Source: Negaprion brevirostris (lineage: Eukaryota). Taken from it: DNA of 64,000 bases. Within the stretch, counting starts at the first letter, position 1. Every line of letters starts with the position of its first letter. Position numbers and translations under genes: made by a program. This document shows positions 26,537 to 39,545 of the stretch, one piece after another. The notes beneath the pieces are model-generated. The model ran no database searches and had not been told where the DNA came from. It saw only the letters and a program-made list of their open reading frames with translations. The stretch covers positions 16,612,264 through 16,676,263 of the forward strand of contig JARDVH010000160.1 of NCBI GenBank assembly GCA_030324005.1, written 5' to 3'.

Positions 26537-27453
26537 GGGGCAGAATTCTCCCAAAAGAATTTAAGTGTTGAATTTGTAGGAAAACTGGAGTAATTCATGC
26601 TTTTTTTTTCCCATTGGGAGTTCAGACTAGAATGTCCCACAATCTGCGCTGCAGAGCCATCAGCGTGAATATCATTAAATTTCAGGAGGCGGGGCCTATT
26701 CCCACTTGGGAGGCTGAAACCAGCAGGCCGCTGCTCATAAGAGGTGGCCCCGCACTGTCAGCCTCCGTTTGCTGGCCAGCTCGGAACTCCAGTGCTGCCC
26801 ACCCCCCCCAACCTTCCCACGGCATGGTTATGGCTCTCCCAACCATTCCTGCCCCCCGATCTCTGCCCCCATCCCTGCAGTGCTAATTCCCCCTCCCCTC
26901 CCCAGCACACCCTGATCACTGGCTTCCTACTTGTCCCCACCAACCCCAACGCAGAGTAGCAATAAGATCCCTCACCGCTACCGATCACCCCCTAGGCTCC
27001 ACCCCCATATGCCCTGTCTCCTTGGCACTGTCCAATGCCTGGTGGACAGTGGGCATGAGCACTTTTCCCCTCGGACAGTGGAAGGGGGCAGAGGCTGGCA
27101 TTACCAGGGTGCCAAGGCCCAGGAGGACCCTCTGTTACCTGATTCCCTGAGTGGTCTCAATTGTCCGCCCTCCACTCCAGTGGGGTCAGGTCACTAGCTC
27201 CCCAAAAGTGTGGAGCGACCCCACTGTAGTGAAACATTCTGGCGGGTGGGGGAGGCTAGCAGGCCCACTAATTCAGAATTCAGTCTGACCTGCTAATAGC
27301 ATTTAAATAAAGTGTAAAATATAACTTAAATGCTAACCCTGCCTCCTTGCCAATTTCCGGCATGGAGCAGACCACGCTGGAAATCCAGTGCTGGGAGACG
27401 TTAGTGGGGTGGGGCGGGTAGAGTTAGCACAGCGGGATGGCAAAATCCTCCCC
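26537..27453. mobile_element. GC-rich non-autonomous DNA transposon-like element (possibly PIF/Harbinger)
   Basis: Ends ggggcagaattctccca / tggcaaaatcctcccc, flanked by TAA and TAG. Colinear with 46320-47318 (shared aagtgttgaatt..aaaactggagtaattca, ggggtcaggtcactag, ctaatagcatttaaa). Confidence 0.7.
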
Positions 27454-27636
27454 TAGATCATTCAATGAAGGGACAAATTTACTGGTAAATTAAGAAGCTT
27501 TTATCAAAACAAACTTTATTTAAGAACAGTTTAACAATAACAAATGAATTAGGTTAACTTTTAACAATTGAACAATACATAAACATGACAAGATACAATT
27601 CTTTACTGCTAACCTATGACATGAATTCCAATTCAT

Positions 27637-27984
27637 GCAGCAAGTGGTATGTGGTTAGCACTGCTGCCTCACAGCTCCGGGGACCTGGGTTTGGTTCCAA
27701 CCTTGGGTGACTGTCTTGTATGAAATTTGCATATTCTCTCCGTATTTTCATGGGTTTCCTCCGGGTGCTCCAGTTTCCTCCCACAGTTCAAAGATGTGCA
27801 GGTTAGGTAGGGGGAATTTAGCATGGCCAATCTTAGTGTCCCAAGATGTGTAGGTTATATGGATTAGCCATGGGAAATGTGTGTGGTAATGAGGAGAGGA
27901 CAGAGCCCTGGGGAAGATACCATCAGACGGTTGTACAGAATTAATGGCCCAAATGGCTTCTTATGCATTGTCGGGATTCTATGA
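27637..27984 (+). mobile_element. HE1 SINE, full length, CR1/HER1-type tail
   Basis: gtggttagcactgctgcctcacagc head, ttcctcccacagttcaaagatgtgcaggttagg body, aatggc...gggattctatga tail. Confidence 0.88.
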
Positions 27985-28403
27985 AGCAATATTCCTCTTA
28001 TAGACTTAAACTCTTGTCCTTCAAATTAGTTAGCAAAACACAGACATACTTTCGGTGAATTAGGTTACCAAGCTCTGGAGCTTTCAGAAGCCTTTAGAGA
28101 GTGAGACAGAGAGACACTCTTTTCTTCAGGCAGCAACAGCTTGTATTTTTAAATGAAACTTAAAACGTTATTTTTTTTTTGCAAGCTCAGCTCCTCCCAT
28201 TAAGCACATGACCTCATTCCTGTCAATCAACCTAATCAAAACTCTATACTGAAATCCAAGGGGGAACTCAAGTAAACACAAATGCATTAGCTTTGCTTAA
28301 ACAGTCACTTTGGGTTGGATTTTCCGCTTGCACGCGTCTCAAAACCGGAAAATCCTGCCCAAGGTTAATGATCTTTGGGTGACTTCCTGCTCTGTACCCA
28401 GTA

Positions 28404-29230
28404 CATAGAAACATAGAAACTAGAAGCAGGTGTCAGCCCTTTGAGCCTGCTCTGCCATTCATTTTGATCACGGCTGATCAAATTCAATATCCTGATCACC
28501 CCCCCTTCGCTCCATATCCCTTTAGCCCCAAGGAGTATATATAATTTCTTCTTGAACTAACCTCAACTACTTTCTATAGTACTGAATTCCACAGATTCAT
28601 CATTCTCTGGGTGAAGAAATTTCTCTTCACCTTAGTTCGAAAAGGTTTACTCTTTATCCTCAAACTATGAAGCCTAATTCTGGATTCCCCCACCATTGGG
28701 AACATTTTTTAAAAATCTACCCTGTCTAACCCTGTTAGAATTTTCTAAGCTCCTACACTCTTCTAACCTCCAGTGAATAAAATCCTAACCAGCTTAGTCT
28801 CTCCTCATATGACAGATCTGCGATCCCAGGAATCAGCTTGGTAAATCTTTGTGTACTCCCTCTATAGCAAGGGCATCATTCCTCAGATAAGGACAACAAA
28901 ACCGCACACCCGTTGTGCCTCACCACATCCTATATAAGTGCAGCAAAACATCCTTATCCCTACACTCAAATCCTCTCGCTGTGAAGGCCAACATACCGTT
29001 GCCTTCTTTACTGTCTGCTGTACCTGCACGCTTACTTCCAGCGACTAATGCACGAGGACACCAAGGTCTCGCTGAGTGTCCACCCCTCTCAATTTATACT
29101 CATTCAAGTAATAGTCTGTAGTCCTATAATTAAATTTGATATTAAATCTATGTCTTTGGTTCTTGAATGTTCCAATCTTATTATTGCTACCAAAGTGGAT
29201 AACCTCATATTTATCCACATTATACTGCTA
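28404..29230 (-). mobile_element. CR1 LINE 3' fragment
   Basis: acatagaaacatagaaac tail and a UTR matching 12866 and 63468, followed by degenerate ORF2. Confidence 0.88.
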
Positions 29231-30224
29231 TGATTCCCTTGGTAGATGGGACGGGAAAATTCCCCTATACATGTCTAAAATCAGTATTTATCTTGTGTTC
29301 CCAGCTACCAATTTAAAGGTTTTGCTAGAAAAATCAGCACCTTGAAAAACAGGTCTGAATTCTAAATATACCCCTTATAAGGAACATTATATAAATATAT
29401 TGAGAAGGCACAGTGACATCACAAAAGTGTTCCTATTGGTGGAATATTCAAAAACCAGAGGGCACTGATTTAAGCCGACCAGCAAAAGATTCAAAGGATA
29501 GGAAGAAAAATATTCACACAGCAAGTGGTTAGAATCTCGAATGCACCCTGATCGTGTAATGGGGGCTGTTAAATCACGGCTTTCAGGGAAATTAGATGAG
29601 TGTGTGGAGAGACAATATGCAGGGCTTTGAAGGAAGGATGGAAAGTGGGACTAACTGAGTTGCTCAGCAGAGAAGTGGCAGATGTGACTGTGAAGTAGGC
29701 ATTCTATGATGAAATATAGACATTGGAATTTCAGTGGAAACTTTGGATGGAAATGTGTGCAAATGCAAGACTTAAGAATTATATTATGCATAGATACGTT
29801 TCATTAGTTGATAAAATTAAAAACCTGTAATACTGTCTAAGTATTTTTAGATTTACTGATTTAAATACTTTTACATGCAGTCCACGTGGGGTTCTGAAAG
29901 GTTATACTGGCCATGGCTCACATGCAAAAACTTACATCAATGATATAGCCTCACATACACAAATATTAATCTGCCATTTGTTACTGCTTCAGTTCTGTGA
30001 AATCTATGCATTCCTTTCATTTAATGGTATTCAGCAATATGTAAGAAAAAAACTTGTAAAAATACATAGCATCTAATGTTATCAGGATATTCCAAAGTGC
30101 TTTACATTCAATGAACTGGGTGCGAACTTGACTCCATTGACACCCGCGTTCCTTCAAAAATTTGAGCGCTCAGGTCTCATTCTAAACTCAACTGTCTTTC
30201 AGCTAACACGTTTAATTGGGGTTT

Positions 30225-30450
30225 CATCTACCTGCTCTGTGGGATATTAAAGATCCAATGCTAAGTTTTCAAAAAAAAGGTAGTCCTCCCAGCATTGTGC
30301 CAATATCCCACCCTTAATTAACACCACGAAAAATAGATTAGCTAGTCAGCCATTTTTTATTGCCTACGGGACCTTGCTGTGCACAGACTACAAAAGTGGC
30401 TGCTGAGAAAATGTACAACATTCTTCTCTTTGAAAGTAATTCATTGGTTC
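30225..30450 (+). mobile_element. Deu-domain SINE fragment
   Basis: ggatattaaagatcc...gccaatat...aacaccacgaaaaatagatta...gggaccttgctgtgcac...aaagtaattcattgg. Confidence 0.65.
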
Positions 30451-32049
30451 AGTGCACAGAACAAGATATTGTATATTTTTGTATCTATATTAAACTGATA
30501 TTCTAAGACAGACTGTGGTTCATTCTTACTTTTCTCTGTTGAGATATCACTGTTTACATGTCAGCTAAACAGGCAACCAACCAGCATACACTAAGTACCC
30601 CACAAACAGTAAATTAATTGGGTGACAAATTACATTGTTTTGGGCATTAATGTTGATCAAGACATTGGGATAACTACCTACTTTTCTTTAAAATTACCAT
30701 GAAATCCTTAACTCCAACCTGGACCACCAGAACATGGCAAATATGGCCTTGTGTTAATGTTACATCCAAAGAAGACATCTCTCAGAACATAGCTTTTCCT
30801 CAGCAATATGCTAGGGCACCAACAAAGCATGGTAAACTATTAATCATAACTCCCACTGCACATACCGAGGTGAGCAGAAGATCATATCACTTCAGATCAT
30901 TCTCACGTTCCTACTATCAATAGATCTAGACAGCTAAAGACAACAGCCCGGCTTGTTGCCCAAAGAAGAACGTGAACTATCTAACATAGAAGAAAAATAA
31001 ATTTTAAAATGCTGGGAAATATAGATTTATAAAAAGGGCAAAGCTGTTAGAAAAATGCTTTTGATTCATAGTTTAAAAACTGAATATCAAAGTTTGTACA
31101 ACCTACAGCACAATTAATAGATTTTAAAATTTGCATTGAACTGTATTAAATCAAGGATGTTTAAACCATTGTGAAAAGGGTCATATGGCCCAAAAATCAA
31201 GTCCATGAATGCCATGCAATTCTGAACTACTTCTGCTCATATTTCTCTCTTGGTTGTCTGTCCCTTTTATAGTTTGTGGGCCTGAAAGTTTGAAATGAGC
31301 TGTTTGTAATGTTGCTACTATCCTTGATCAATAAATTCTGAATCAGAACATAAAAGATCTGTTAGTGTCTGCAGCTGGAGACATAAGTGAACCCCAAGGT
31401 TCCATTGTACACCTAAACAGAACACAAAGATATACAGCTAAGACACAACTATACTAAACTATAATGATAAAGATGAAAATGAAAATTAAAGTAACATTCC
31501 CATAACATTCTTTGTAGTTATTAGGCAAAACAATTAAACATTCAACACAAATTAAATTAGAGCTTTGCAGTGAGCTATAAAGTATATAGAATTAAACAGA
31601 ATTTGATCTTGCATAGACAACAGGCATGTGATAACAATACCACAACAAACTCATTAATCAAAGTAAATAAACTAACTTACAGAAACAATTTCAAAGCCAA
31701 AATTCAAGGAATTATTGAAATAAATTGGACTTTGTAAATTTAACAATTTTGTACGATAGTGCAAAGATACCCTGGTACACGGAAGCTTAATACAATGGAA
31801 TGTGGGTGTTTGGCTTGCAATTGTAATACTTCAAATGTAATACTTCACTCTTATCCCACAATGGGAGATTAAAAATCTTAACCAGATCACAAAGGCTATT
31901 CTTTTAAAGTCACCTCAGAGAAAAGGTGATTTCAAAAGTATTGGTAGAAGTGGATTGTCCTCCAGCTGAAGGTGGGTTGGGAGAAATCAAAACTAACAGA
32001 AAAATGAAAAGTAATTGGAGAAAAAGAATGTATAGATGGTCAAATTATA

Positions 32050-34150
32050 AAAGGCAACAGTTCCATCAGCAAAGAAAACAGCTCTATTGAGAACAAAGGC
32101 AAATCACTGACAGCAAAAAACAGTTGGGAGAAATGGGTGAATCAATACTTTGAGTTGAACTTTGTTATTGAGGAAGCGCTAGGCGTGACAGAAACCCTGC
32201 CTGTCCTGGCAGAACTGGATATCAAATCAACAATGGGGGAATTTAGCAAACATATTGATTTGCTTATCATGGGAAAGCTCCAGGTCCTGATGCTACATCA
32301 CCTGAGGTCATCAGGTGCAGGAAACCAGCATTCCTGCAGCATCTGCACAAACTTTTCTGTCTCTGCTGAAGGGAGGGGGCAGCACTCCAGGATATGCATG
32401 AAGAAAAGATTGTGGCCCTTTACAAGGATAAGGGTGACAGCATTGCTTGATACAACTATTGCAACATTGTCCTGCTACATCTGCTGGAAGAAGTAATTGC
32501 CCCTGTTGTCTGGGTCAGATCTTGGCTGAACACATCCACCCTGAATTCATGTGTGGTTTCAGAACTGAAGGTCTACAATGGACGCCCAACAGTTAAAAAA
32601 AAATGCCGTGAACAAAGGAGAACATTACACATTCCCTTCATTGATCTCACCAAGGCATTCAACCATGTGAGTGGAGGTGGTCTAAGCTGCTGGAGAAAAC
32701 TACTGCTGCTAAATTTGCTCAATGTGATTTCCTCTTTCCATAACAAATGATGCATCAAGTCAGCTATGATGGGGGTACATTGATCTAGTGAGAATCCAAA
32801 AAATGTTTCACAGTTGTATTCTGGTGCTGGTAGTCTTTGGCTTATTCTCTTTGCTGCTGTCATGTGCCATCAGGTCACTTGCAGATCACGTCTACCCACA
32901 TATCAGAATTGATGGGAAGCTGTTCAGCCTTGCTCAACTGAGATCCAAGACAAAGGTGTGCCAGGTCCTCATCCAGTTGCTGATGGCCATGACCTCTGGA
33001 GGCTGACTGTCTGAAGGGCATTGGCGGAGGCAAGCAGAAGCAAAAAGCTCAGCAGGCCAAAAAGGAAACCTAGAGCAAACAGACCAACAAATTGTGCATC
33101 TTCTCAGCCCAATGTCTTTCTCTGCAACAAACGTGGCAGAGACTGCATTGCCAGAGTGTGAGTCGTGAGCCATATCTATGCTGACAATGTTGCACTAGTA
33201 TACCATACCGAGGAACAGCTTCAGCAGCAAACGGACAGAACTCTTTCATACCTGTGATAAATATAGTTTGACTATCAGCATCACAAAGACAAATGTCATG
33301 GTCCAGGATGTTGCCATATTGCCACTTATCAGCATTAATAATGGGATGCTGGAGATTGTTGATAGCTTCACACATCTAAGTTCCACAATCATCAGCAAAC
33401 TGACACTTGATGCTGAAATAACATACACATCACAAAACCGGCAGCTGTTATGTCCAAGCTGAGTGTGAAGCAACAGCAATCTGACTGAGAACTCGAAGCT
33501 ACAATGTACCAATCCGGTATCCTCAGCAAACTCCTCTAAAGTAGCGAGACCTATACAACAGGAACCCGGCAGGAGAAAAGGCTGAACAGCTTCTACCATC
33601 ACTATCTCAGAGGTATCATCATCACCTCTTAGCAGTACAACATCACCAGCTCCATAAGTTGTGGAGTTTGCTAATTCCATAAGCGTAAACCCATTCCTAA
33701 GCAAACCATGTCTGTGTTGGCTCAGTCAGGTTCACTGGTAGATGAAAGCTGCATATCCAAAGATTTTCTTTAAGGTGAACCGGCCACCGGATTGCAGCCT
33801 CCTCTGCATCTACACCTACATTATAAGGGCACCTGTGAGAGACACAAAGATGGCAGACACTAACAGTTGAAAGACAGTTGCTGATGGCCATGACCTCNNN
33901 NNNNNNNCTGACTAGCTGGAAGGGCATTGGAGGAGGCAAGGAGAAACAAAAAGCTCAGCAGGCCAAAAAGAAAACCTACAGCAAACAGACCAATAAAATT
34001 GTGCACCTTCTCAGCCCAATATCTTTCTCTGCAACAAATGTGGCAGAGACTGCCATGCTAGAGTGAGAGTCGTGAGCCATACCAGGGAATGCTAAACAGA
34101 AAATTGACCACCACAGCACAAAACATCTCCAAGATGGAAGGCAGCCACTG
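32050..34150 (+). mobile_element. Degenerate RTE-clade LINE
   Basis: EQRRTLHIPFIDLTKAFNHV, RIDGKLFSLAQLRSKTKV, LYADN and LTISITKTNVM..LEIVDSFTHLSSTI motifs of RTE ORF2, with many stops and frameshifts. Confidence 0.9.
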
Positions 34151-34729
34151 AGATACTTTCTAGTGAGGCACTACTAGCTTTAGCCTGCTGGTGAAATTCT
34201 ATAAATCTGTAATCAAGAAAGCCAATTGTCTAAACAACTACATAGGAACTCATTTAGAACTTACCCAAACCACAAATTGGCACAGTATAGTATAGATTAT
34301 TGGACCAAAATTTGCTGGGAACTGGCACCATTGAAATGATGTCTCTGCAGCACACACTATTATGTTCAAGAAAGCATAGCATAATGTAAGGTTTTGCTTT
34401 ATGTCAAATGTTGCAAAATTATTCATATCTCAAGGTCACTGTCAGACAAGGGTGTGTGTTGATATTGGAGGTTAGCTGGAACAGTGGAGGGGCAGAAAAC
34501 TATTGAATAGACTAATTAGTGATAATATTAACTATTTGGAATGATCCAAAGTATGTCATGTTCCTTCGCAATGTCAGCAGATAAAATCAAGTTAAATTGA
34601 TATGCAGTCAAACCATCAAGATGCCATTGTATCTGGAGAAAGTCTGGAGAAGACATCTCACTTCAATATACATTTAGGCATCATTTGATATGACTCACAC
34701 CAAAAAGGAAATGGTTTAGTTTTAAAGAT

Positions 34730-34810
34730 AAGAACAAAAAATGCTGGAAATACCCAGCAGGTCTGGCTGCATTTGTGAAGAGAGAAACAGAGTTAACCTT
34801 TCAGGTCATG
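34730..34810 (+). mobile_element. Short Penelope-like terminal repeat fragment
   Basis: aaatgctggaaa..cagcaggtctggc.gcat.tgt..agagagaaa.gag motif, also seen at 56330-56425 (+) and 40650-40737 (-). Family assignment is from recall. Confidence 0.55.
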
Positions 34811-37449
34811 ATCTGAATTCAAAGGTTCTTTAAGTATGTTTTGATTGTTGGGCAAAGAGGGATATACAAAATCAGTGCGATTAAAGTTCATGGGACAGTT
34901 GGAAGTCAAACACCCACTAAAACCAAACTTGATCATGTAGGCTCTGCAACAAACCAGGTTGTATGAGTTTAATGTAAAACCATACCAATCATACTCTTTT
35001 AATAATGGTTTTATACTGTTGGCAAGTAAGCAATAAGCTTGCATTTGCTCAATAAGCTCAAACCTGAAACACAGATTTGTTTAATTGACTTGAATTTGCT
35101 ACTCAAGAAACACAGGCCATTAGTTTAATTAACACCAAAAATTTACTGATACTTTTGCTGCCTTTTCCCGCTCCCTCATTGAAACAGTTGAGCAACCAAT
35201 TATCACAGATCCGCTCTCATTAAAACCAACGGTGAGATAGATTAAAGCGACCAGGGTGCCATAAAGTGGTGCAAATGGCCACAGTGTACAAAATTAGAAC
35301 AGGAACGTGTTTAAAAGAGGAAACCTCACTTTTAAGTTTTATTATATAGTTGCTGTTTGAAATCTAAATTTGTTTGATCAGAATGATAAAGTCAGGGCCC
35401 AAGGTTTTTTCAAGGTTTATTGTTATGCACCAGCATCAAATTGTTATTTATATTTATTTCTGACATTTGTAAATACTATAATCAGAAGAAAGTAGGGCAA
35501 TCCTTGAAAGATTAAAATTGTCTCTTTGCATGACTGCATTGCTTCTGACATTGTTTTTTTATGCCACGCACTGGTGAGATGCTGCAATCTTAAAATCCTC
35601 AGTGGCAAGCCATAGCCTCATGACAAAGTGCAAGAGTTACAAAAACCTGTTTGGTCTTGGGACAATATTTATTTGATAATTATCCCATTAATTATCAAAG
35701 GGGGAAAGGGGGCAAAATGTCATGACTTTGGATGCTGATTGTTCTCCAGTTATCTCGCTTAGCAATGTTGTTTTCATCAGTTGAACTGCCTGTGGCATTT
35801 GCTGTCTAGATTGACACAAAAAAAAGTAATTTGAGCAGGGTGATGGAAGGACTGTCAGCCCTATGAAATCATACTCCAGCAGGAGTCATTCCCTTTGCAT
35901 TGAAAGGGGAGCAGGCAATATTCCTTTGTAAACTTCTAAAATGTTTAGACAGAATCAATTAACCAGTTAAGGAAGAGCCTCGTTGAAGAAAATATTTAAA
36001 TTTTGCAGCAGCACCAAGTTAAATGTACAATAATACAATATTTCTCAATGGAGAAATATCACATTTAAGAATCATATTGTATTTAAGACTGCACATTTAT
36101 ATATAGATCTTCCATGCCAATCAGATAAAAGATCAATTTCATACAATCTCCTCAAGTGGGTAAACCTGCAGCATGTAAGCTCAAGAATGCAAAGGCCATC
36201 ACTTTTCAATCAATCCTCTCAATCCATCACGGGAATATCGATAGTGGAAAAGTATTTGGATCAAACATGCATTTAGGCTCTGTATATAGTGAATGGGTGG
36301 CTGCACACCAGTACGTACTTTGACAAGAGTATCTGGCAAATTTCTTTAGTGCCTACTCATTACATCTGTTGCGAAGTCCAGAGTTCATGCCAACAAATGA
36401 CTAATACTCTATAATCACATTGCTGCTATATAGCAATTTCATCTAAAAATACAGTCCTGAATCAGGAAAAAAGCAATGTTTAATAAACACAGTAACTTTC
36501 TGACTGCCTAGATATCTAGGAATTCAGACACCTGGGAGTCAATTTTAAGTATTTCTGTCAGACAGTAAATGGGCACTAAGCTGGTTGCATGGTCATGTCA
36601 CACTCCACCTGATTTTCTTATCTATTAGCATACATAAATACATGCAAATTAGTAGCAGAGGTAGGCCACTCAGCCCTCGAGCCTGCTCTGTATATTCACA
36701 CTGTTTTTTTGGGAGAGTTCAACACTGCAGTCTGCCTACACTCTTGTCAGCCTTCTGATAGCTGAGATATTTGCACCAGTGGGGAGGTGAAGCCTAAGTA
36801 AATGGTGAAGTCATCTGCAGAGTGCTCAGGGTGCAATTGTGCACAGCGCCCCTATCTCCTATGGAACTGGGAGACCTCTTGCCACCGCCACTCCCCACAT
36901 CATCGATGTCGTGTTCTATACCCAGCCCCCCCACCCCCAACACGGGTTGCCAGCATGAGGACCTTTCTGGTGAATATCCTGGTGGACCCCTACGCAACCC
37001 CCCCCATCTCCCGTTTGCCCCCAACACCCTCCCTTGAATAACCACCATCTCCCCAGCCCCCATCTTTGTGCAACACCACTACCAATGCCGGAAGATGCCA
37101 TGGGGGAGCAGGTAAGTCNNNNNNNNNNNNNNNNNNNNNNNNNNNNNNNNNNNNNNNNNNNNNNNNNNNNNNNNNNNNNNNNNNNNNNNNNNNNNNNNNN
37201 NNNNNNNNNNNNNNNNNNNNNNNNNNNNNNNNNNNNNNNNNNNNNNNNNNNNNNNNNNNNNNNNNNNNNNNNNNNNNNNNNNNNNNNNNNNNNNNNNNNN
37301 NNNNNNNNNNNNNNNNNNNNNNNNNNNNNNNNNNNNNNNNNNNNNNNNNNNNNNNNNNNNNNNNNNNNNNNNNNNNNNNNNNNNNNNNNNNNNNNNNNNN
37401 NNNNNNNNNNNNNNNNNNNNNNNNNNNNNNNNNNNNNNNNNNNNNNNNT

Positions 37450-37720
37450 CATGTCGCACTATCTGTAACCCCCATGACTTGCCTGGGTTTGCAAAACCTC
37501 ACTTACTGTACTGTCTGGAGACAATTTCTTTAACCTATTCATAATGCTCTTTCCACCCACATTGCCGGCATCTTTAAGACTCGAATAGCAGGTTTGTTGT
37601 AAAGACTCGCATTCCAAAAGCTTGTGAGTTTACTATCAAATAAATTGGTTGGACTTAAACCTGGTGTTGCCAGACTTCTTACTGTGTTTACCTCAGTCCA
37701 ATGATGGCATCTCCACATAA
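37450..37720 (+). mobile_element. Penelope-like element end, next to a 330-N gap
   Basis: aaagcttgtga...aaataaa..gttggactt.aacctggtgttg..agacttcttactgtg..ccagtccaa..ggcatctccacat resembles a common shark repeat end. Confidence 0.55.
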
Positions 37721-38714
37721 TGGAAGATGTACAGCTCAACTCCATTCACCTATTCTTTATTCCATATCCTATCATATGCTTAGCTAACAAAAATCCAGCA
37801 ATCTCAGTTTTCAAAACATTAATATTTAAATCTTGTCCCAAGAAATTGTTTCAAAAGAACAAAACAAGTTAAATACAAAATTGCTCATGATCAGCACCAC
37901 TAATATTTCCAGACTTCTGTCACACTGATTTCACAATTAGTTCATTGATTCAATTTTCCTCATCTTTCTCTGGGGAACCATCTCAGGACCAATTAAAGCA
38001 TAGCGAGTGTCTCACATTTCGCTACTTTGCGGTGTAGCCAGACACCCCTGGAACAACATCATCAAAAAATTCATTCCCATTTTGGGTATTCTGATCAGTC
38101 AAAATCCCAAATCTAAACAACTAATCCTCCCAGCATATTCTACTTTCTGGTGGGTAACCTCACAGGGAACAATATTTGCTGTATCAAAAATCGAAAGAAA
38201 AATTACAACTTTTAAGTCAATTTGTGCGCCATAACAACAATCAATCTTTTACCTTTGCTGGGTTATGATTTGTTGGCCCTTGGGTAGCTGATGGAAATGT
38301 CCTTGCACAGTTCAGGCTCTTCCAGGGATTCAAAACATGAGCAGGGTTAGCTGCCAGAGACAGCGATACACAGCATCATTATAGAGTATTTTCATTCTTT
38401 CGATGTGAACATCAGAAAATGGCTACCATGGCCCCTCTACTCTCTCAATAAAGTGTTTTCCATACTTCAGAACTTGATTAACAGATTGAAAAGAAACAAT
38501 ATTTGTTCATTTAAGATTAATTTCAAGATTGTAATTTGAAGCCAATACTAAGCAATAATAAATCAAGATAATCTGGACAGGTTAATAACTGGGTTAAATG
38601 TTGTCTTGCAATTTTTGCATTTAAATAGTTTTGAATGCTTAATTAGAGTTAAGGGGATTCTCAGCCTTTATTACATTTTGGGGTTTTAATTGAAGTCTTA
38701 ACATGAGTTTTCTT

Positions 38715-39545
38715 CAAATTCACGCGTGGGACATGATCATTGCTGGCTGGTCAACATTTATTGCCCATCCTTAGTTACCATTAAATTTACCATTTCAGAG
38801 GACAGTTGATAGTCAACCACATCGTTATTTGTTCTACATGTGACACCAGAGCCACAGCAAAGAACAAAGAAAATTACAGCACAACAACGGACCTTCGGCC
38901 ATCCATGCCTGCACCGACCATGCTGCCCGTCTCAACTAAAACACTCTACCCTCCTGGGGACCATATCCTCCATTCCCCTCCTATTCACGTATTTGTCAAG
39001 ATGNNNNNNNNNNNNNNNNNNNNNNNNNNNNNNNNNNNNNNNNNNNNNNNNNNNNNNNNNNNNNNNNNNNNNNNNNNNNNNNNNNNNNNNNNNNNNNNNN
39101 NNNNNNNNNNNNNNNNNNNNNNNNNNNNNNNNNNNNNNNNNNNNNNNNNNNNNNNNNNNNNNNNNNNNNNNNNNNNNNNNNNNNNNNNNNNNNNNNNNNN
39201 NNNNNNNNNNNNNNNNNNNNNNNNNNNNNNNNNNNNNNNNNNNNNNNNNNNNNNNNNNNNNNNNNNNNNNNNNNNNNNNNNNNNNNNNNNNNNNNNNNNN
39301 NCCCCACCCCACCGTAGGCAAGACCAGGTCAGAACAGTAGATTTCCTTCCCTAAAGGACATTAGTGAACAAATGGGTTTTTTTGACAATCGACAATGGTT
39401 TTATGGTTATCAGTAGATTCCAGTTTTGTTTTATTGAATTCAAATTCTACCATCTGCCCTGGCAGGATTTGAACCTGGGTCCCCAAAACATTAGCTGAGT
39501 TTCTAGATTAATAGTCTAGCAATAATACCACTAGGCCATCGCCTA
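38715..39545 (-). mobile_element. SINE interrupted by a younger CR1-type 3' end (38860 to gap)
   Basis: SINE tail at 38715-38830 (catttattgcccatcc) resumes at 39315-39545. The insert begins caaagaacaaagaaaattacagcaca. Confidence 0.7.

Larger units (their letters stand above)
26450..29423 (-). mobile_element. Solo-LTR-like insertion (TGT...ACA, 4-bp TSD AAAG) carrying nested elements
   Basis: AAAG at 26446-26449 and 29424-29427 flanks tgttggg...catcaca. Strand is inferred only from a minus-strand AATAAA near 27516. Confidence 0.65.
26365..29710 (+). mobile_element. Old CR1 3' fragment split in two (26365-26449 and 29424-29710)
   Basis: ...ctagacagagtagatagggacaaag | tgttcctattggtggaatattcaaaaaccagagggcac joins into a CR1-like DRVDRDK-FLLVEYSKTRGH; ends in attctatgat. 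Confidence 0.7.

Noticed and set aside
36916-39354. Long ORFs of 100-180 aa
   Set aside because: They are open only because they run through N gaps.
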